DNA of 64,000 nt. Source: a virus. This document shows, piece after piece, positions 37,749 through 46,954 of the stretch. The first letter of the stretch is position 1. Each line of letters begins with the position of its first letter. The position numbers and the translations under genes are program-made. The stretch covers positions 1 to 64,000 of IMG/VR virus record IMGVR_UViG_3300048582_000084. The stretch is one strand, 5' to 3'. The notes below the pieces were generated by a model. It was given only the letters and a program-made list of their open reading frames with translations. It was not told the origin of the DNA and ran no database searches.

Positions 37749-38461
37749 CCGAAGTTCCGTCGCCGCCCGCTGGCAGCGTTGCCCTTCGTGTTCACCTGAA
37801 CGTCTTCCTCCTCGGCCTCAGCCTCAGCGCCCGAGTCCTTCGCAGCGTCTAGCTTGGCGATCAGGTCGGCTTCCGAAGCCCACTCCACGATCTTGAAGAC
37901 CGGCGCGAACTTCTTACCGATGGAATCGCCGTCTTCGTCCTTCGCTTCGAAGGAGACGTGCTGAAGCTCGATGATGGCAAGCTCGCCGGGGTGCTGAGAG
38001 AACGCCTTACCGAAGTCCCGGATCAGATTGGCGACCGAGATGTTGCCGCCCTTGGACGACGTCTTGAACTGGAACTGAGTGCCGTCCTCGATGTCGCGCA
38101 TCTCAAACGAGGCCTGTTCGCGCCAGCCGTCCTGCTTCTTCTTGTAGGGGCCATGGTCGGTCAGGCTGCCCTTGGCAGGCGGCTTGCCCTCAACAACGCG
38201 GACCATGATTTCTTCCATCACTTCCTTGTTGTTCCAGCAAATCCAACCACGCTTGAATTCGTTCGGGTTCAGCGCGAGGCGCGTGCCCTTCTGGAGTTCT
38301 TCGGCGTCCTTGCCGAAGCTGTAGATACCCGTGTTGCCGTCAAACTTGAGGTACAGAGCGCCCGAAGACGCGCCCATGTCATCGGCGGCGTCGAGGAACG
38401 GGTTGTGACCGGCAGCGGTCATGGCACCATTCGGCGCAACAGCGGGGAGATTCGTAGTCAT
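37745..38461 (-). CDS. ssDNA-binding protein (probable)
   Basis: LKF, GWICW, TSSKGG, PVFKIVEW, acidic tail. Confidence 0.65.
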   Translation of the reverse strand: MTTNLPAVAPNGAMTAAGHNPFLDAADDMGASSGALYLKFDGNTGIYSFGKDAEELQKGTRLALNPNEFKRGWICWNNKEVMEEIMVRVVEGKPPAKGSLTDHGPYKKKQDGWREQASFEMRDIEDGTQFQFKTSSKGGNISVANLIRDFGKAFSQHPGELAIIELQHVSFEAKDEDGDSIGKKFAPVFKIVEWASEADLIAKLDAAKDSGAEAEAEEEDVQVNTKGNAASGRRRNFG

Positions 38462-38599
38462 ATTAGTACTTGTTAACCTTGTGCTTAGTATCTTGGTAGA
38501 GGGACGCCTTAGGCGTCGTAATGCAGGAACTTAGCCTGTCAAAAAGCGGCGAAAGGGGGTAATTATACTCCCTTTCGTTCGCTTCATTGAACTACTTTA

Positions 38600-39787
38600 T
38601 CACTGGAATTCGGTGATATTTCCCTTGCGCGTCAGATATTCGCCAGAGACGTTCTTGAGAATCTTCCGCCCGAAGCGGTGGACGTTTTCCTCCGTGGCGG
38701 AAGTGATGACGACACCTTCTCGAATGTGACCACCACCGAGTGTGGTCTTGCCGTCAGTCAAGGACAGCATCGTCTCTCGATTGAACGGGCCTCGGTAGAG
38801 GACCGGCACAGTCGGGATGCCAAGGCGGTCGAGTAGGCTGTACTTGTCGGCGGCATCAATGAACCGACCGCCCTGGGGCGTGCCAACCCATAGGTCGAAC
38901 GCACGGAAAGTCGGACTGCTGTGACCATAGCCCAGGTCCTGCACGCCGATTCCATAGACCTCACCGAAGAGGAATATCGGCGTCTCGGGCGGCGCCAGCC
39001 CCAGGTCGTACAGACCCTCCGCAAGGCGCTCTGTGACGGTCGCGGCTAGGGCACTGTCGCTGGTCATCCCGTGGAACGCCTTCAGGTACACGTTGTCGGC
39101 GGGGGTGCCATCATCGTTCACCCATTTGAAGACGTTCCCACGCGCGCCGAGACCCTTCGAATAGACGAAGACGTCATCCGGAAGATCGGGGTGCATCAGC
39201 CCAGGGAAGTAGGCGAAGCAGCACATCGTCCCGTGTAGCTTCTCGGTGATGACGACTTCATCCCCGTCCTTGAAGATGTTCGGGTACTTCTTCCAGTTTT
39301 CGAAGTCGTACCGGACAGTCTTCTCGGGACCGACGTAGGCGCAGTTCCCATAGAACCGCTTCCGCAGTGCCGGGTCCATCGCTTCCATGGGGTCGTACTT
39401 CTTGACGCCAAGGAATTCGGTGACGTCGTCGCCTTCGGAGACCTCGACGGCCTGAAGATTTCCAGCACCCCGTACTACATGGCAGGAGTGATCCACCATT
39501 TCGTTGACCTGATACACGATCCCCTGGCTCAGACAGCCGCGCAGCTTGATCGCCTTGATGCGGTTCTTCTGCGAGCCGGATAGCTTACCGACCAGATTGA
39601 GCCTTTCGATCAGCCACTCAGGTAGAACGGAGGCCTCGGGTAGATAGACCGCGAGGTCGCCGGGCTTGAACGAGCCCTTAGCAACGATGCTACGGTACTC
39701 TCCGACAACGGCGAGTTCGATCTTGTCGGCGCCCTCGACGGGCTCGATGGCGCTGATACGCTCCACCGTCACTACAAAGTCAGACAT
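38600..39787 (-). CDS. RNA ligase, DRB0094/Rnl5 type (OB fold plus ligase)
   Basis: ADKIELA, LRGCLSQG, TEKLHGT, FGE, FD, REGVV. Confidence 0.9.
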   Translation of the reverse strand: MSDFVVTVERISAIEPVEGADKIELAVVGEYRSIVAKGSFKPGDLAVYLPEASVLPEWLIERLNLVGKLSGSQKNRIKAIKLRGCLSQGIVYQVNEMVDHSCHVVRGAGNLQAVEVSEGDDVTEFLGVKKYDPMEAMDPALRKRFYGNCAYVGPEKTVRYDFENWKKYPNIFKDGDEVVITEKLHGTMCCFAYFPGLMHPDLPDDVFVYSKGLGARGNVFKWVNDDGTPADNVYLKAFHGMTSDSALAATVTERLAEGLYDLGLAPPETPIFLFGEVYGIGVQDLGYGHSSPTFRAFDLWVGTPQGGRFIDAADKYSLLDRLGIPTVPVLYRGPFNRETMLSLTDGKTTLGGGHIREGVVITSATEENVHRFGRKILKNVSGEYLTRKGNITEFQ

Positions 39788-39844
39788 TTTATGATCCTTA
39801 ATTTGGTTGCAAAAAGACCCACCTCGCGGCGGGTCTATATTCTC

Positions 39845-40285
39845 TCAGATACTCAGTACACGCTTCGCGATGATCAGACGTGGATCGTACAGCGCGGCCC
39901 AATTCCAGACGTCGAAGACGCTACTAGCGCCGACAATTACTAGGGTGAAGCAGAGAAGAGCAGCGAAGATTGACACCACTCCCACGACGGCTCGTGATTC
40001 CTCTTTCTCGGCTTGATTTTCTTTCGCGGCCCTATATTCGATGTAGTCCGCGTAATCTGATCGATCTACTGCTGGGTTCTTTTTACTTGCATACAAGGCT
40101 CCTCGATATGACGCATATCCAAAGCCGATACCCAGGCACATGAGAAATGCGCCCCACACAACCGCACTAATGTGCTGGACAATGATAGCTGTCATCGCGA
40201 GTGCGAAGACTTCAGGCCCAACTTGGGCAGCAAGCTCGGCAAGCTTCTCGCCCCAGCGCTCAATCAACTGAATTGCTTGATCCAT
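39845..40285 (-). CDS. Membrane hypothetical protein
   Basis: Two hydrophobic segments; AAGGA RBS; flanked by 19-bp direct repeats. Confidence 0.65.
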   Translation of the reverse strand: MDQAIQLIERWGEKLAELAAQVGPEVFALAMTAIIVQHISAVVWGAFLMCLGIGFGYASYRGALYASKKNPAVDRSDYADYIEYRAAKENQAEKEESRAVVGVVSIFAALLCFTLVIVGASSVFDVWNWAALYDPRLIIAKRVLSI

Positions 40286-40341
40286 GTTCTGTCATCCTTA
40301 ATTTGGTTGCAATAAGGAGACCCGAAGGTCTCCTTATAGGT

Positions 40342-40671
40342 TCACGGAACCGTGATTTTTGGTTTCCACAGCCTAGCGAACTTCAGTACGTTCGGAATCT
40401 CAGAGTCTGCACAGGGTAGCAGAATCGCGCAGCTTTTGATTCCGTCTAGGGTCTTGTTTTCGTGGCCGAGATAGGTCCAAGGAAGCATAGCGATCTTGTC
40501 GAATTCGCGCCGGTTTACCCGAACCACACACTTCTTGAAGCTGTTATTCAGCCAATACTGATAGTCAGCATTTTTGGAGAACACTAGATGGGCGCCCAAA
40601 ACTGAATGGGCGACCAGTGTCGGTGCCATGAAGTCCGGAAACTCATCCAACACCGCGATATACATTTTCAT
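40342..40671 (-). CDS. Peptidyl-tRNA hydrolase Pth2-like
   Basis: KMYIAV, LVAH, W....F.K.VVRV. Confidence 0.7.
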   Translation of the reverse strand: MKMYIAVLDEFPDFMAPTLVAHSVLGAHLVFSKNADYQYWLNNSFKKCVVRVNRREFDKIAMLPWTYLGHENKTLDGIKSCAILLPCADSEIPNVLKFARLWKPKITVP

Positions 40672-40683
40672 TCTTAAAGTCCT

Positions 40684-41847
40684 TTAACCGTTCAGATCGA
40701 CTGGAGTTGCGGTCCAAGGCTCGACGCCTCCCAACAAGGCGAGAAATTCGCGCGCCTTGGTCGTTGAAGACACTTGCTTTAGGGCATGCTGACGCAGTGC
40801 CTCCAAAGGATCGGCCCCATCGTAGATTCGGAAGCAGATCGATGTAGCGAACTGGTAATTGGAGAACTTGTCCCGCACGTACTGTGCGAAAGCCTTCCGG
40901 TCTCGGTGAACGAAGGAGGGAGAATTAACTGCCCCGTTACGGATGATGGCAGCGACGATCCTGAGCCGCCAGTTCAGCGCATCGCGCCACGCCAGCAGCC
41001 GCTTCGCCTCGTCCTCAGGCAACAGAGCCGACACATCATCGACCTTGTTCTCTAGTACGAGCCGAAGGACGTCCTTTTCCCACAACAGCCCCGAGCGAGC
41101 CCGGTGCGCTGCGACGTAGTCGTCGGCCTTCAGCTTGATGAGTTGCTGGCCCACGCGAACGACATAGCCCTCCGTGTCCTTCAGCGCCTTCGTGTGTTCC
41201 ACGAACGCGTTGATGTCTTGGATGGCGTTCCCGAAGATACGGACGGCGCCAACTCCCAGTTTATTCAGCGTTTCTGCGAACGGGGCGGTGTCCGCATACG
41301 TGCCGGTGTCGTTCATTCTTACGGCGAGAAGTGTGAGGTTCTCGCTCGCGTAGCGAACAACGATCTGGTTGAGGGGCGACGTGAATTCGAAGATAGGCGT
41401 TGCGCCTCCACGAAGAACACCTTCGCACCATGCTAGGACAAACTCACCGAGCGGCAGTCGCTTGCACGCCGCCAGCGCCATCTTCGCCTGCTCGGTGACG
41501 CCTGCCCTGGTCATGAAGACCAGTTCGTCGTTAACCATCGCCGGGTGGATCATTGACCCGTCCAGCTTCTCCATGATCACAGCGTCGTCCCAAGACGTCG
41601 GGATTTCGGCGGGCTTCTCATGGAGGTTGAAGAACTTGTGGAACGGGCGGGCGATCAGCTTACCGTCGAGGTCGAACTTGAGACCCCGGCACTCGCGGCG
41701 GATCGGGCAGTCGAAAGAATCCGAATCCGCGTAGTTGTAGTCGATGAACATGTAGCCGTCTCGTTTACCGACCACGAATTCATCGCGTTCAGCAATCGCG
41801 GGTAGCACGTCATTGATGTGGTGGATCACGGGAAAATCATAGGGCAT
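40684..41847 (-). CDS. rnlA: T4 Rnl1-family RNA ligase
   Basis: ECRGL.F, PFHKFFN, EKLDGS, FE, EGYV, KLK. Confidence 0.92.
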   Translation of the reverse strand: MPYDFPVIHHINDVLPAIAERDEFVVGKRDGYMFIDYNYADSDSFDCPIRRECRGLKFDLDGKLIARPFHKFFNLHEKPAEIPTSWDDAVIMEKLDGSMIHPAMVNDELVFMTRAGVTEQAKMALAACKRLPLGEFVLAWCEGVLRGGATPIFEFTSPLNQIVVRYASENLTLLAVRMNDTGTYADTAPFAETLNKLGVGAVRIFGNAIQDINAFVEHTKALKDTEGYVVRVGQQLIKLKADDYVAAHRARSGLLWEKDVLRLVLENKVDDVSALLPEDEAKRLLAWRDALNWRLRIVAAIIRNGAVNSPSFVHRDRKAFAQYVRDKFSNYQFATSICFRIYDGADPLEALRQHALKQVSSTTKAREFLALLGGVEPWTATPVDLNG

Positions 41848-41891
41848 TGGTTCTTCTCCTGAGTGGGTTTTGGTTTTCAAAAAAAGAGAGC

Positions 41892-42767
41892 CTAATCGGG
41901 CTCTCCTATATCAATCGGGTCTCTAAATCCTTGAAACGAAGGAATGCGTGGCTTGTTCTTCGTACCATCTGGTTGGTATCGAAACTTCACCGTCTTTCCG
42001 AGATAGTCAGAGCGGTTGTCCCAGATTTCTTGGCGCAACTTTGCGTCGAATCCTGTACCTAGATTGAAGAGCCCAAACTGTGAGTTTTCAAGAATTAACG
42101 AACCCATCGTTCCGGCTGGAACAAGGTTCTTCTTGGAAGAGCTGCGCTTAGTCCGCCCAAAGGCGTCTTTGATCGCTTCGTTTTCGTTGTGCATAAGTTC
42201 TTCGAAACCGACAACGACCGCTTCGTCGTCCTTGAAGTTCTTAAGTTTCAGGAGGATACCTTCTCGTTCCGTAGAACGCCCGAACTTGTAGTAGCTTCGC
42301 GGTGAGCGGATCATCGACCCTTCGAAGTTTTGCGACAGATCGACGTGGAGATTAACGACCTCGTCCCAAGACGACGCTTCGTATTGCGGAGTAACGATGA
42401 GAAACTTGATTCCAATAGCCGCCGATACTCGGCGCCTCAAGATCGCCAATCGCGCTGTGAAGATCAGTAGCGGATCAGTGAAATCATCGAACACATAAAA
42501 CGTGAAGTTTGGCTCACCAGCTTCGCGCATGACGTTGCCGGTCGTCTCTTGAAATGTGTCTCCAGCAATAAGTTCTCCGTCGAAACCGCTAAACTCTGGC
42601 CTGGACAGCGTCGTCCTGATGAAGTGGTTGGGGATCGGCTTCAGTGTGCGGCTGACAAGCTGACCATCGATAACGAGGGCACGAATGCCGTCGAGTTTGG
42701 GGGACACGTAAACCGGGAAGGTCAGCTTCGCCGGGTCTGTCAATTCTGCTGCAAGAAGGGGTTTCAT
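41892..42767 (-). CDS. ATP-dependent DNA ligase
   Basis: PKLDGIR, DGE, FD, EG.M.R, KLK, GTGF, RIP.F. Confidence 0.93.
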   Translation of the reverse strand: MKPLLAAELTDPAKLTFPVYVSPKLDGIRALVIDGQLVSRTLKPIPNHFIRTTLSRPEFSGFDGELIAGDTFQETTGNVMREAGEPNFTFYVFDDFTDPLLIFTARLAILRRRVSAAIGIKFLIVTPQYEASSWDEVVNLHVDLSQNFEGSMIRSPRSYYKFGRSTEREGILLKLKNFKDDEAVVVGFEELMHNENEAIKDAFGRTKRSSSKKNLVPAGTMGSLILENSQFGLFNLGTGFDAKLRQEIWDNRSDYLGKTVKFRYQPDGTKNKPRIPSFQGFRDPIDIGEPD

Positions 42768-42796
42768 CAAAAACCCACCTTTCGGTGGGTCTTGAG

Positions 42797-43117
42797 TCAG
42801 CGAGCTGTCATGAACTCACCCCGGTCGATGCGTCGCCGCATGCTTCCTGGGATGTTGGTCTTCGGATAGGTCTTCTTGCTGACGCGATGGAACAGGCGGC
42901 GAGGGATCATAGATGCCTCACCGTTCGTCTTGAGGGGCGCGGGCTCCATGACACCACCGACCGTCAGCGCGGTCAGCTTGTTGTCGCGGCGAACCTGCTT
43001 CGCGCGGTTGCGGCGGGAAGCGCGGTACGTGCGCGCAGATCGGGCAGCAGACGCCTTGCCAGAGGCCAGCCGCGCGCGAGCGCGCTTAGAAGACCGATAG
43101 GCGACGGGGCGAGGCAT
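42797..43117 (-). CDS. Highly basic hypothetical protein
   Basis: Arg/Ala-rich; translationally coupled (TAATG). Confidence 0.55.
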   Translation of the reverse strand: MPRPVAYRSSKRARARLASGKASAARSARTYRASRRNRAKQVRRDNKLTALTVGGVMEPAPLKTNGEASMIPRRLFHRVSKKTYPKTNIPGSMRRRIDRGEFMTAR

Positions 43118-43461
43118 TAGGTGCCATCCTTTCGAATAATCTCAGCAAGGCCCCGAAGCAATTCCAACTGCGCCTCTGCGTCGAGCATTGCGCGCCGCTT
43201 AGTTTCTGCAACGGCGTTATCGAAGGCGTCTTGATCCACCACGCGGGCCGAGACGATTTCTTCGGTAGCAATCACCATTTCGCCGTCGAGGGAGATGAGT
43301 CGATGGCTGGAGTTATCAGGGTCGTTGTAGCGCCGAGTCCCGATCTTGGGCGCGAGGCTTTCTAGCTGTTCTAGCGCCGCTTCTTGGGTGCCAAACGTAA
43401 GTCTGTGAGAAATCGGCGTGTACTTACCTGTGACGATTTCTAGGTAGAAAGTAGTCACCAT
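43117..43461 (-). CDS. Hypothetical protein
   Basis: AAGGAG RBS, TGATG coupling. Confidence 0.65.
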   Translation of the reverse strand: MVTTFYLEIVTGKYTPISHRLTFGTQEAALEQLESLAPKIGTRRYNDPDNSSHRLISLDGEMVIATEEIVSARVVDQDAFDNAVAETKRRAMLDAEAQLELLRGLAEIIRKDGT

Positions 43462-43742
43462 CAGTTTGACTCCTTAATCATAGGTTCGTAGGTCATGGCG
43501 AAAATATCAGGCTTGCACGGGTAACACTCACCCTGGACGCCTCGGATAACCCAATCCGACGGCGATGCCGTCATTGAGCCCTCAAGCGTGTGGATCACCA
43601 GGGTTTCGTATTCGCTGCTCTCCCATTCAGCGTCCCGTAGAATGTGATGAAGGTCAGCCAACGCCGCCTCGGAGATGTCTTCTCCCGCAGGCGGTAGTTG
43701 GACTGCCTCAATCACGACAGGCTTCTTTCGGTAGAAGGGAAT
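43461..43742 (-). CDS. Conserved phage protein (RKKPVVIEA...YPCKPDIF family), probable ATT start
   Basis: TLEG.M...DW.I.GV.GE.YPCKPDIF..TYE; conserved N-terminus lies upstream of the GTG. Confidence 0.7.
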   Translation of the reverse strand: MPFYRKKPVVIEAVQLPPAGEDISEAALADLHHILRDAEWESSEYETLVIHTLEGSMTASPSDWVIRGVQGECYPCKPDIFAMTYEPMIKESN

Positions 43743-43927
43743 TAGCCGTCCCTCCGCGTGACACCGAGCCAGTTATCCAGCGCGCCCTCTTCAATCGAAC
43801 GGCGGCGTGAAAAACTATCGAGATAGGCAGCGGCGGCTTCCGGATTGTACTTCCGGATCAGGCTCGCGATATAGCGAGCCTGCGCGAGCGTCTTCACCTT
43901 CACAGGCGGTTCAGCCATAGTATTCAT
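43742..43927 (-). CDS. Hypothetical protein
   Basis: AAGGA RBS, ATGA overlap. Confidence 0.55.
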   Translation of the reverse strand: MNTMAEPPVKVKTLAQARYIASLIRKYNPEAAAAYLDSFSRRRSIEEGALDNWLGVTRRDG

Positions 43928-44910
43928 TTTTGGTCCTTAGTTTTTCTGAGGTCAGTGACGTGGATATTCTTCAATCCATCCCCGTTGAGGATGTCCTTCA
44001 AGGCGCTCTTCATCATCTTGTGGTGACGCTCGACCAGGGTCTCTCCGTCTTTGACGACGTCGAGACGCCACCCGCCATCGCGCATCTTGTCCGACAGCGG
44101 TCGGTCGATGACGATGTACTCCACAACCGTTTTCGCAGGCGCGAGAGCAACGGACGCGAGGCGGTCCTTGCGACGAAGATGCGTCGCATCGATAATCGTG
44201 GGGAGACCGTACTTGAGGCGGGTCTTCACAAGGTCATGGACGTAGCTGAACACCCGCGCGTTCTGCGACTGGTCGCGAAAGTCCCCGAGCATTTCGGCGC
44301 GGACCTTGTCCGACGAAACGACCGACCCCTCGGTCCCAGAGAACTGGGTCAGATAGGAAGTCTTCCCCGCCCCGCTCGGGCCGACCATGAGACGCAACAG
44401 GATTTCCTGTGGCTTCGGCGTGTAGGCGAATCCAGCAGGCGATGTGTCGAAGTCGCCGGGCGCGCACTGGAACACGGTAATCCCGTTCTCGCGCCACATG
44501 TCCACAACACGCTGACGGTCATCCACGACGAACCAGATGTCGTGGCCCTCGGCGCGGAGCGCATCGAGCATTTCGCGCTTGATGATGCTGTCCTCACGGC
44601 TGTCCTTGGCAGGACGCATGCGGAGGTCGAGCGACCTCAGAAGCCCGCCGTAGACGTGCTTGTTGAGCCACTCCACAGTCGTCTGGCGATGTTCCTCGCC
44701 GCGTCCCGAGCAGAACACAACGCGGAACTTACCGGCGCAATCGAACAGCAGGAACTGGCAGAACGAGACCACATCTTCGATGGGCGGGTCCTTGTCCATC
44801 TCTGCGAAGAACAAGTCCCAACGCTTCGGCTTATTCGCAACATGGTGGCGGCGGTGTTCGACACACGCGAGCGTGCCATCGATATCAAAGATGACGGTCT
44901 TCATTCTCAT
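43924..44910 (-). CDS. Polynucleotide kinase/phosphatase (HAD then kinase)
   Basis: FDIDGT, SGR, DDR; then GPSGAGKT, SSD, IDATHL. Confidence 0.9.
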   Translation of the reverse strand: MRMKTVIFDIDGTLACVEHRRHHVANKPKRWDLFFAEMDKDPPIEDVVSFCQFLLFDCAGKFRVVFCSGRGEEHRQTTVEWLNKHVYGGLLRSLDLRMRPAKDSREDSIIKREMLDALRAEGHDIWFVVDDRQRVVDMWRENGITVFQCAPGDFDTSPAGFAYTPKPQEILLRLMVGPSGAGKTSYLTQFSGTEGSVVSSDKVRAEMLGDFRDQSQNARVFSYVHDLVKTRLKYGLPTIIDATHLRRKDRLASVALAPAKTVVEYIVIDRPLSDKMRDGGWRLDVVKDGETLVERHHKMMKSALKDILNGDGLKNIHVTDLRKTKDQK

Positions 44911-44955
44911 TTTTGGCTCCTGATTTATGTCTTCTCTATGAGGGTAGAGTATTCC

Positions 44956-45390
44956 CTACTTGGTCCCGTCGAATTGGTGAGGGTACTTGTCCCTGAAGCG
45001 CATGGCCTGGATTGTCTGTACGGCGGTCTCAGTCTTCAACTGCTTCACCACCTCGTCTTTTGGCGCGACGACCCAAGTCTGCCCCCGCGCGCCGCGCCGA
45101 GTTACCCGCTTATTGTCAAAACGGTCTAGTACATGCTTCTTAATCCTTGTCGCCATCAATCGGCTTTGGACAGGAATGATTTCGGCACAAACAATGGTGG
45201 GATTGACACATCGGATATCTTCGACACGCTTCTCCGCATTTTTCGAAAGACCTACACGACATTCGCCGTGCTTTGTAGCGGCCACGTATATGTAGGTGGG
45301 TAGGGCGTCTTTGCGGTACATTTTAGCTTTCCGCTCAAGATCTTTCACCGTACTAATCTGTAAGTTTTGTTTGCGTGGTGTGATGTACAA
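44956..45390 (-). CDS. GIY-YIG / T5orf172-like nuclease
   Basis: YIYV.......RVGLSKN...R; TTG start after AAGGAG. Confidence 0.55.
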   Translation of the reverse strand: MYITPRKQNLQISTVKDLERKAKMYRKDALPTYIYVAATKHGECRVGLSKNAEKRVEDIRCVNPTIVCAEIIPVQSRLMATRIKKHVLDRFDNKRVTRRGARGQTWVVAPKDEVVKQLKTETAVQTIQAMRFRDKYPHQFDGTK

Positions 45391-45437
45391 TTTTGTCTCC
45401 TTAGTCAAAAGGGAGGCCCGAAGGCCTCCCTACTTAC

Positions 45438-46517
45438 CTATTCGTCCTTCGGACTCCGCACCGTCAAGCGCTCGCTTGGCGAGCCCTCGACCATGTAGTC
45501 CGCGAGGTCGATGCCAGTGTCCTCAACAACGCGATCCATATCGACGCTCTTGCGTCCCGCCATCTTCGTCCACGACACGGACGAGCCGTCCGAAAGATTT
45601 GCCCACCTTTTGCCGATCCCGATCAGGAAGGTCTTGATGGCTTCCTGGGCTGCGGCCTTGTCGGTCTTTGCCGCCTTCTCTCGCGCAGACGCGTCGCGCT
45701 CTCGCACGACCAGTGTGGTCAGGGTCTGTTCGTCGTTCAGGGCGAGGTCGGATCGACGCTTCTTCGTCCCCGGCGTTTCCTCTGGAATGCGCCCTACCTG
45801 GGCCAGCGAGCATTGCTGCTGAAACGGGCAGTAGTCGCACTCAGCACCACCACGAAGCTTGCCTTCTGCGGCAAGGGCCTTGGCCTCGGTGGCCTCGTAG
45901 ACGAGGTCTGCTCGCTTCTTGCACGCCTCATAGATCGCTGGATCGCGCTTGATGACGAACGGACGGACGTCGTCCAGCCAGGACGCGTTGATGTAGAGAA
46001 TGACGGCATAGTTGGGACGATGGTTCGTCGTTTCCCACACCAAGCCCATCTGCTGTTGCACCTGACCGGCGTGAACCGGCTTGGGCTCCTTTAGATCGAG
46101 ACGCGAATCGAAGGTCTTGATTTCGACTAGGATTTCGTCGCCTTCGATGTCGTCAATCCCGTAGTCCTTGAGGGCATCCCTCGGAAGGCCGGTGATCAGC
46201 CCGTCAGGCGTCGCGGATAGTCGGTCCTTGATCAGGGTGACTTGGTCGTCGCCCGCCCACAAGATGTGGGCGTCATCGGGAAGCTGCGACCGCAGCGCCG
46301 GGACCACGTAGTGGGCTTCCAGAAGGCTTCCGCGCGTCGTCGCGCCATAGCTCTCCTTGAAGTCGGGATCAGGCTTGTAGCCTCGCTTCACGAAGAACGT
46401 GCGCCGAATGCACTGGAACTGCTCCGATGCACCGACCGTCTTGGAGCGGTCATGCTCCCATACGCGTTTGTTGCTGTCGGCGTGGCCGTCAAATACGCGC
46501 TTAAAATTCAAACTCAA
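45438..46517 (-). CDS. Cas4-like PD-(D/E)XK exonuclease
   Basis: ASE..QC.R, ATPDG, EIKT, Q.Q.QM, CDYCPF...C. Confidence 0.85.
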   Translation of the reverse strand: MSLNFKRVFDGHADSNKRVWEHDRSKTVGASEQFQCIRRTFFVKRGYKPDPDFKESYGATTRGSLLEAHYVVPALRSQLPDDAHILWAGDDQVTLIKDRLSATPDGLITGLPRDALKDYGIDDIEGDEILVEIKTFDSRLDLKEPKPVHAGQVQQQMGLVWETTNHRPNYAVILYINASWLDDVRPFVIKRDPAIYEACKKRADLVYEATEAKALAAEGKLRGGAECDYCPFQQQCSLAQVGRIPEETPGTKKRRSDLALNDEQTLTTLVVRERDASAREKAAKTDKAAAQEAIKTFLIGIGKRWANLSDGSSVSWTKMAGRKSVDMDRVVEDTGIDLADYMVEGSPSERLTVRSPKDE

Positions 46518-46954
46518 GGTAGTTTAAGCTCTTTCAGCGCTGCCTCAAAAGTCGTTTGGGCAGCGTCCGCTGTAGTGAATGCGCTCTCCGGATATCGAAT
46601 CAGCGTTTTCGCCGCCTGCGTGACCGGGACGAAAAGTACTTTATCGATGGGGAGAGCAGCGCAGGCGATGATATCAATGTCGTCCTGCGTGTAATGGGTA
46701 AGGCTCACCGCGTGGCTGTTCTTGTTGGCGTATCTGCCGCGCGCAGTGATGAACTTGAAACTACCGCCGTCGCGGTACTGCGTAGACTTCGTCTGGATTC
46801 GGACAGATTTCCCATCCACGAAGGCCAGTACGTCGAAGGAAAACCCTTCTCCTGCCTCCATGGATGAAATACCCAACTTCCGAAGTGTGTAGAGGACCAA
46901 CGCGACACCTTGAGCCCCGACGAGGGCGTAGTTCTTAGGCGCTAGTTTCGTCAG
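46514..46954 (-). CDS. PD-(D/E)XK homing-type endonuclease (start uncertain)
   Basis: FDVL......RIQTKS, Y..DDID. Confidence 0.7.
   Translation of the reverse strand: MTKLAPKNYALVGAQGVALVLYTLRKLGISSMEAGEGFSFDVLAFVDGKSVRIQTKSTQYRDGGSFKFITARGRYANKNSHAVSLTHYTQDDIDIIACAALPIDKVLFVPVTQAAKTLIRYPESAFTTADAAQTTFEAALKELKLP

Noticed and set aside
43930-45129. 399-aa + strand ORF (and similar ones at 11731-12744 and 56944-57852)
   Set aside because: Antisense shadows of real genes caused by codon bias; no motifs
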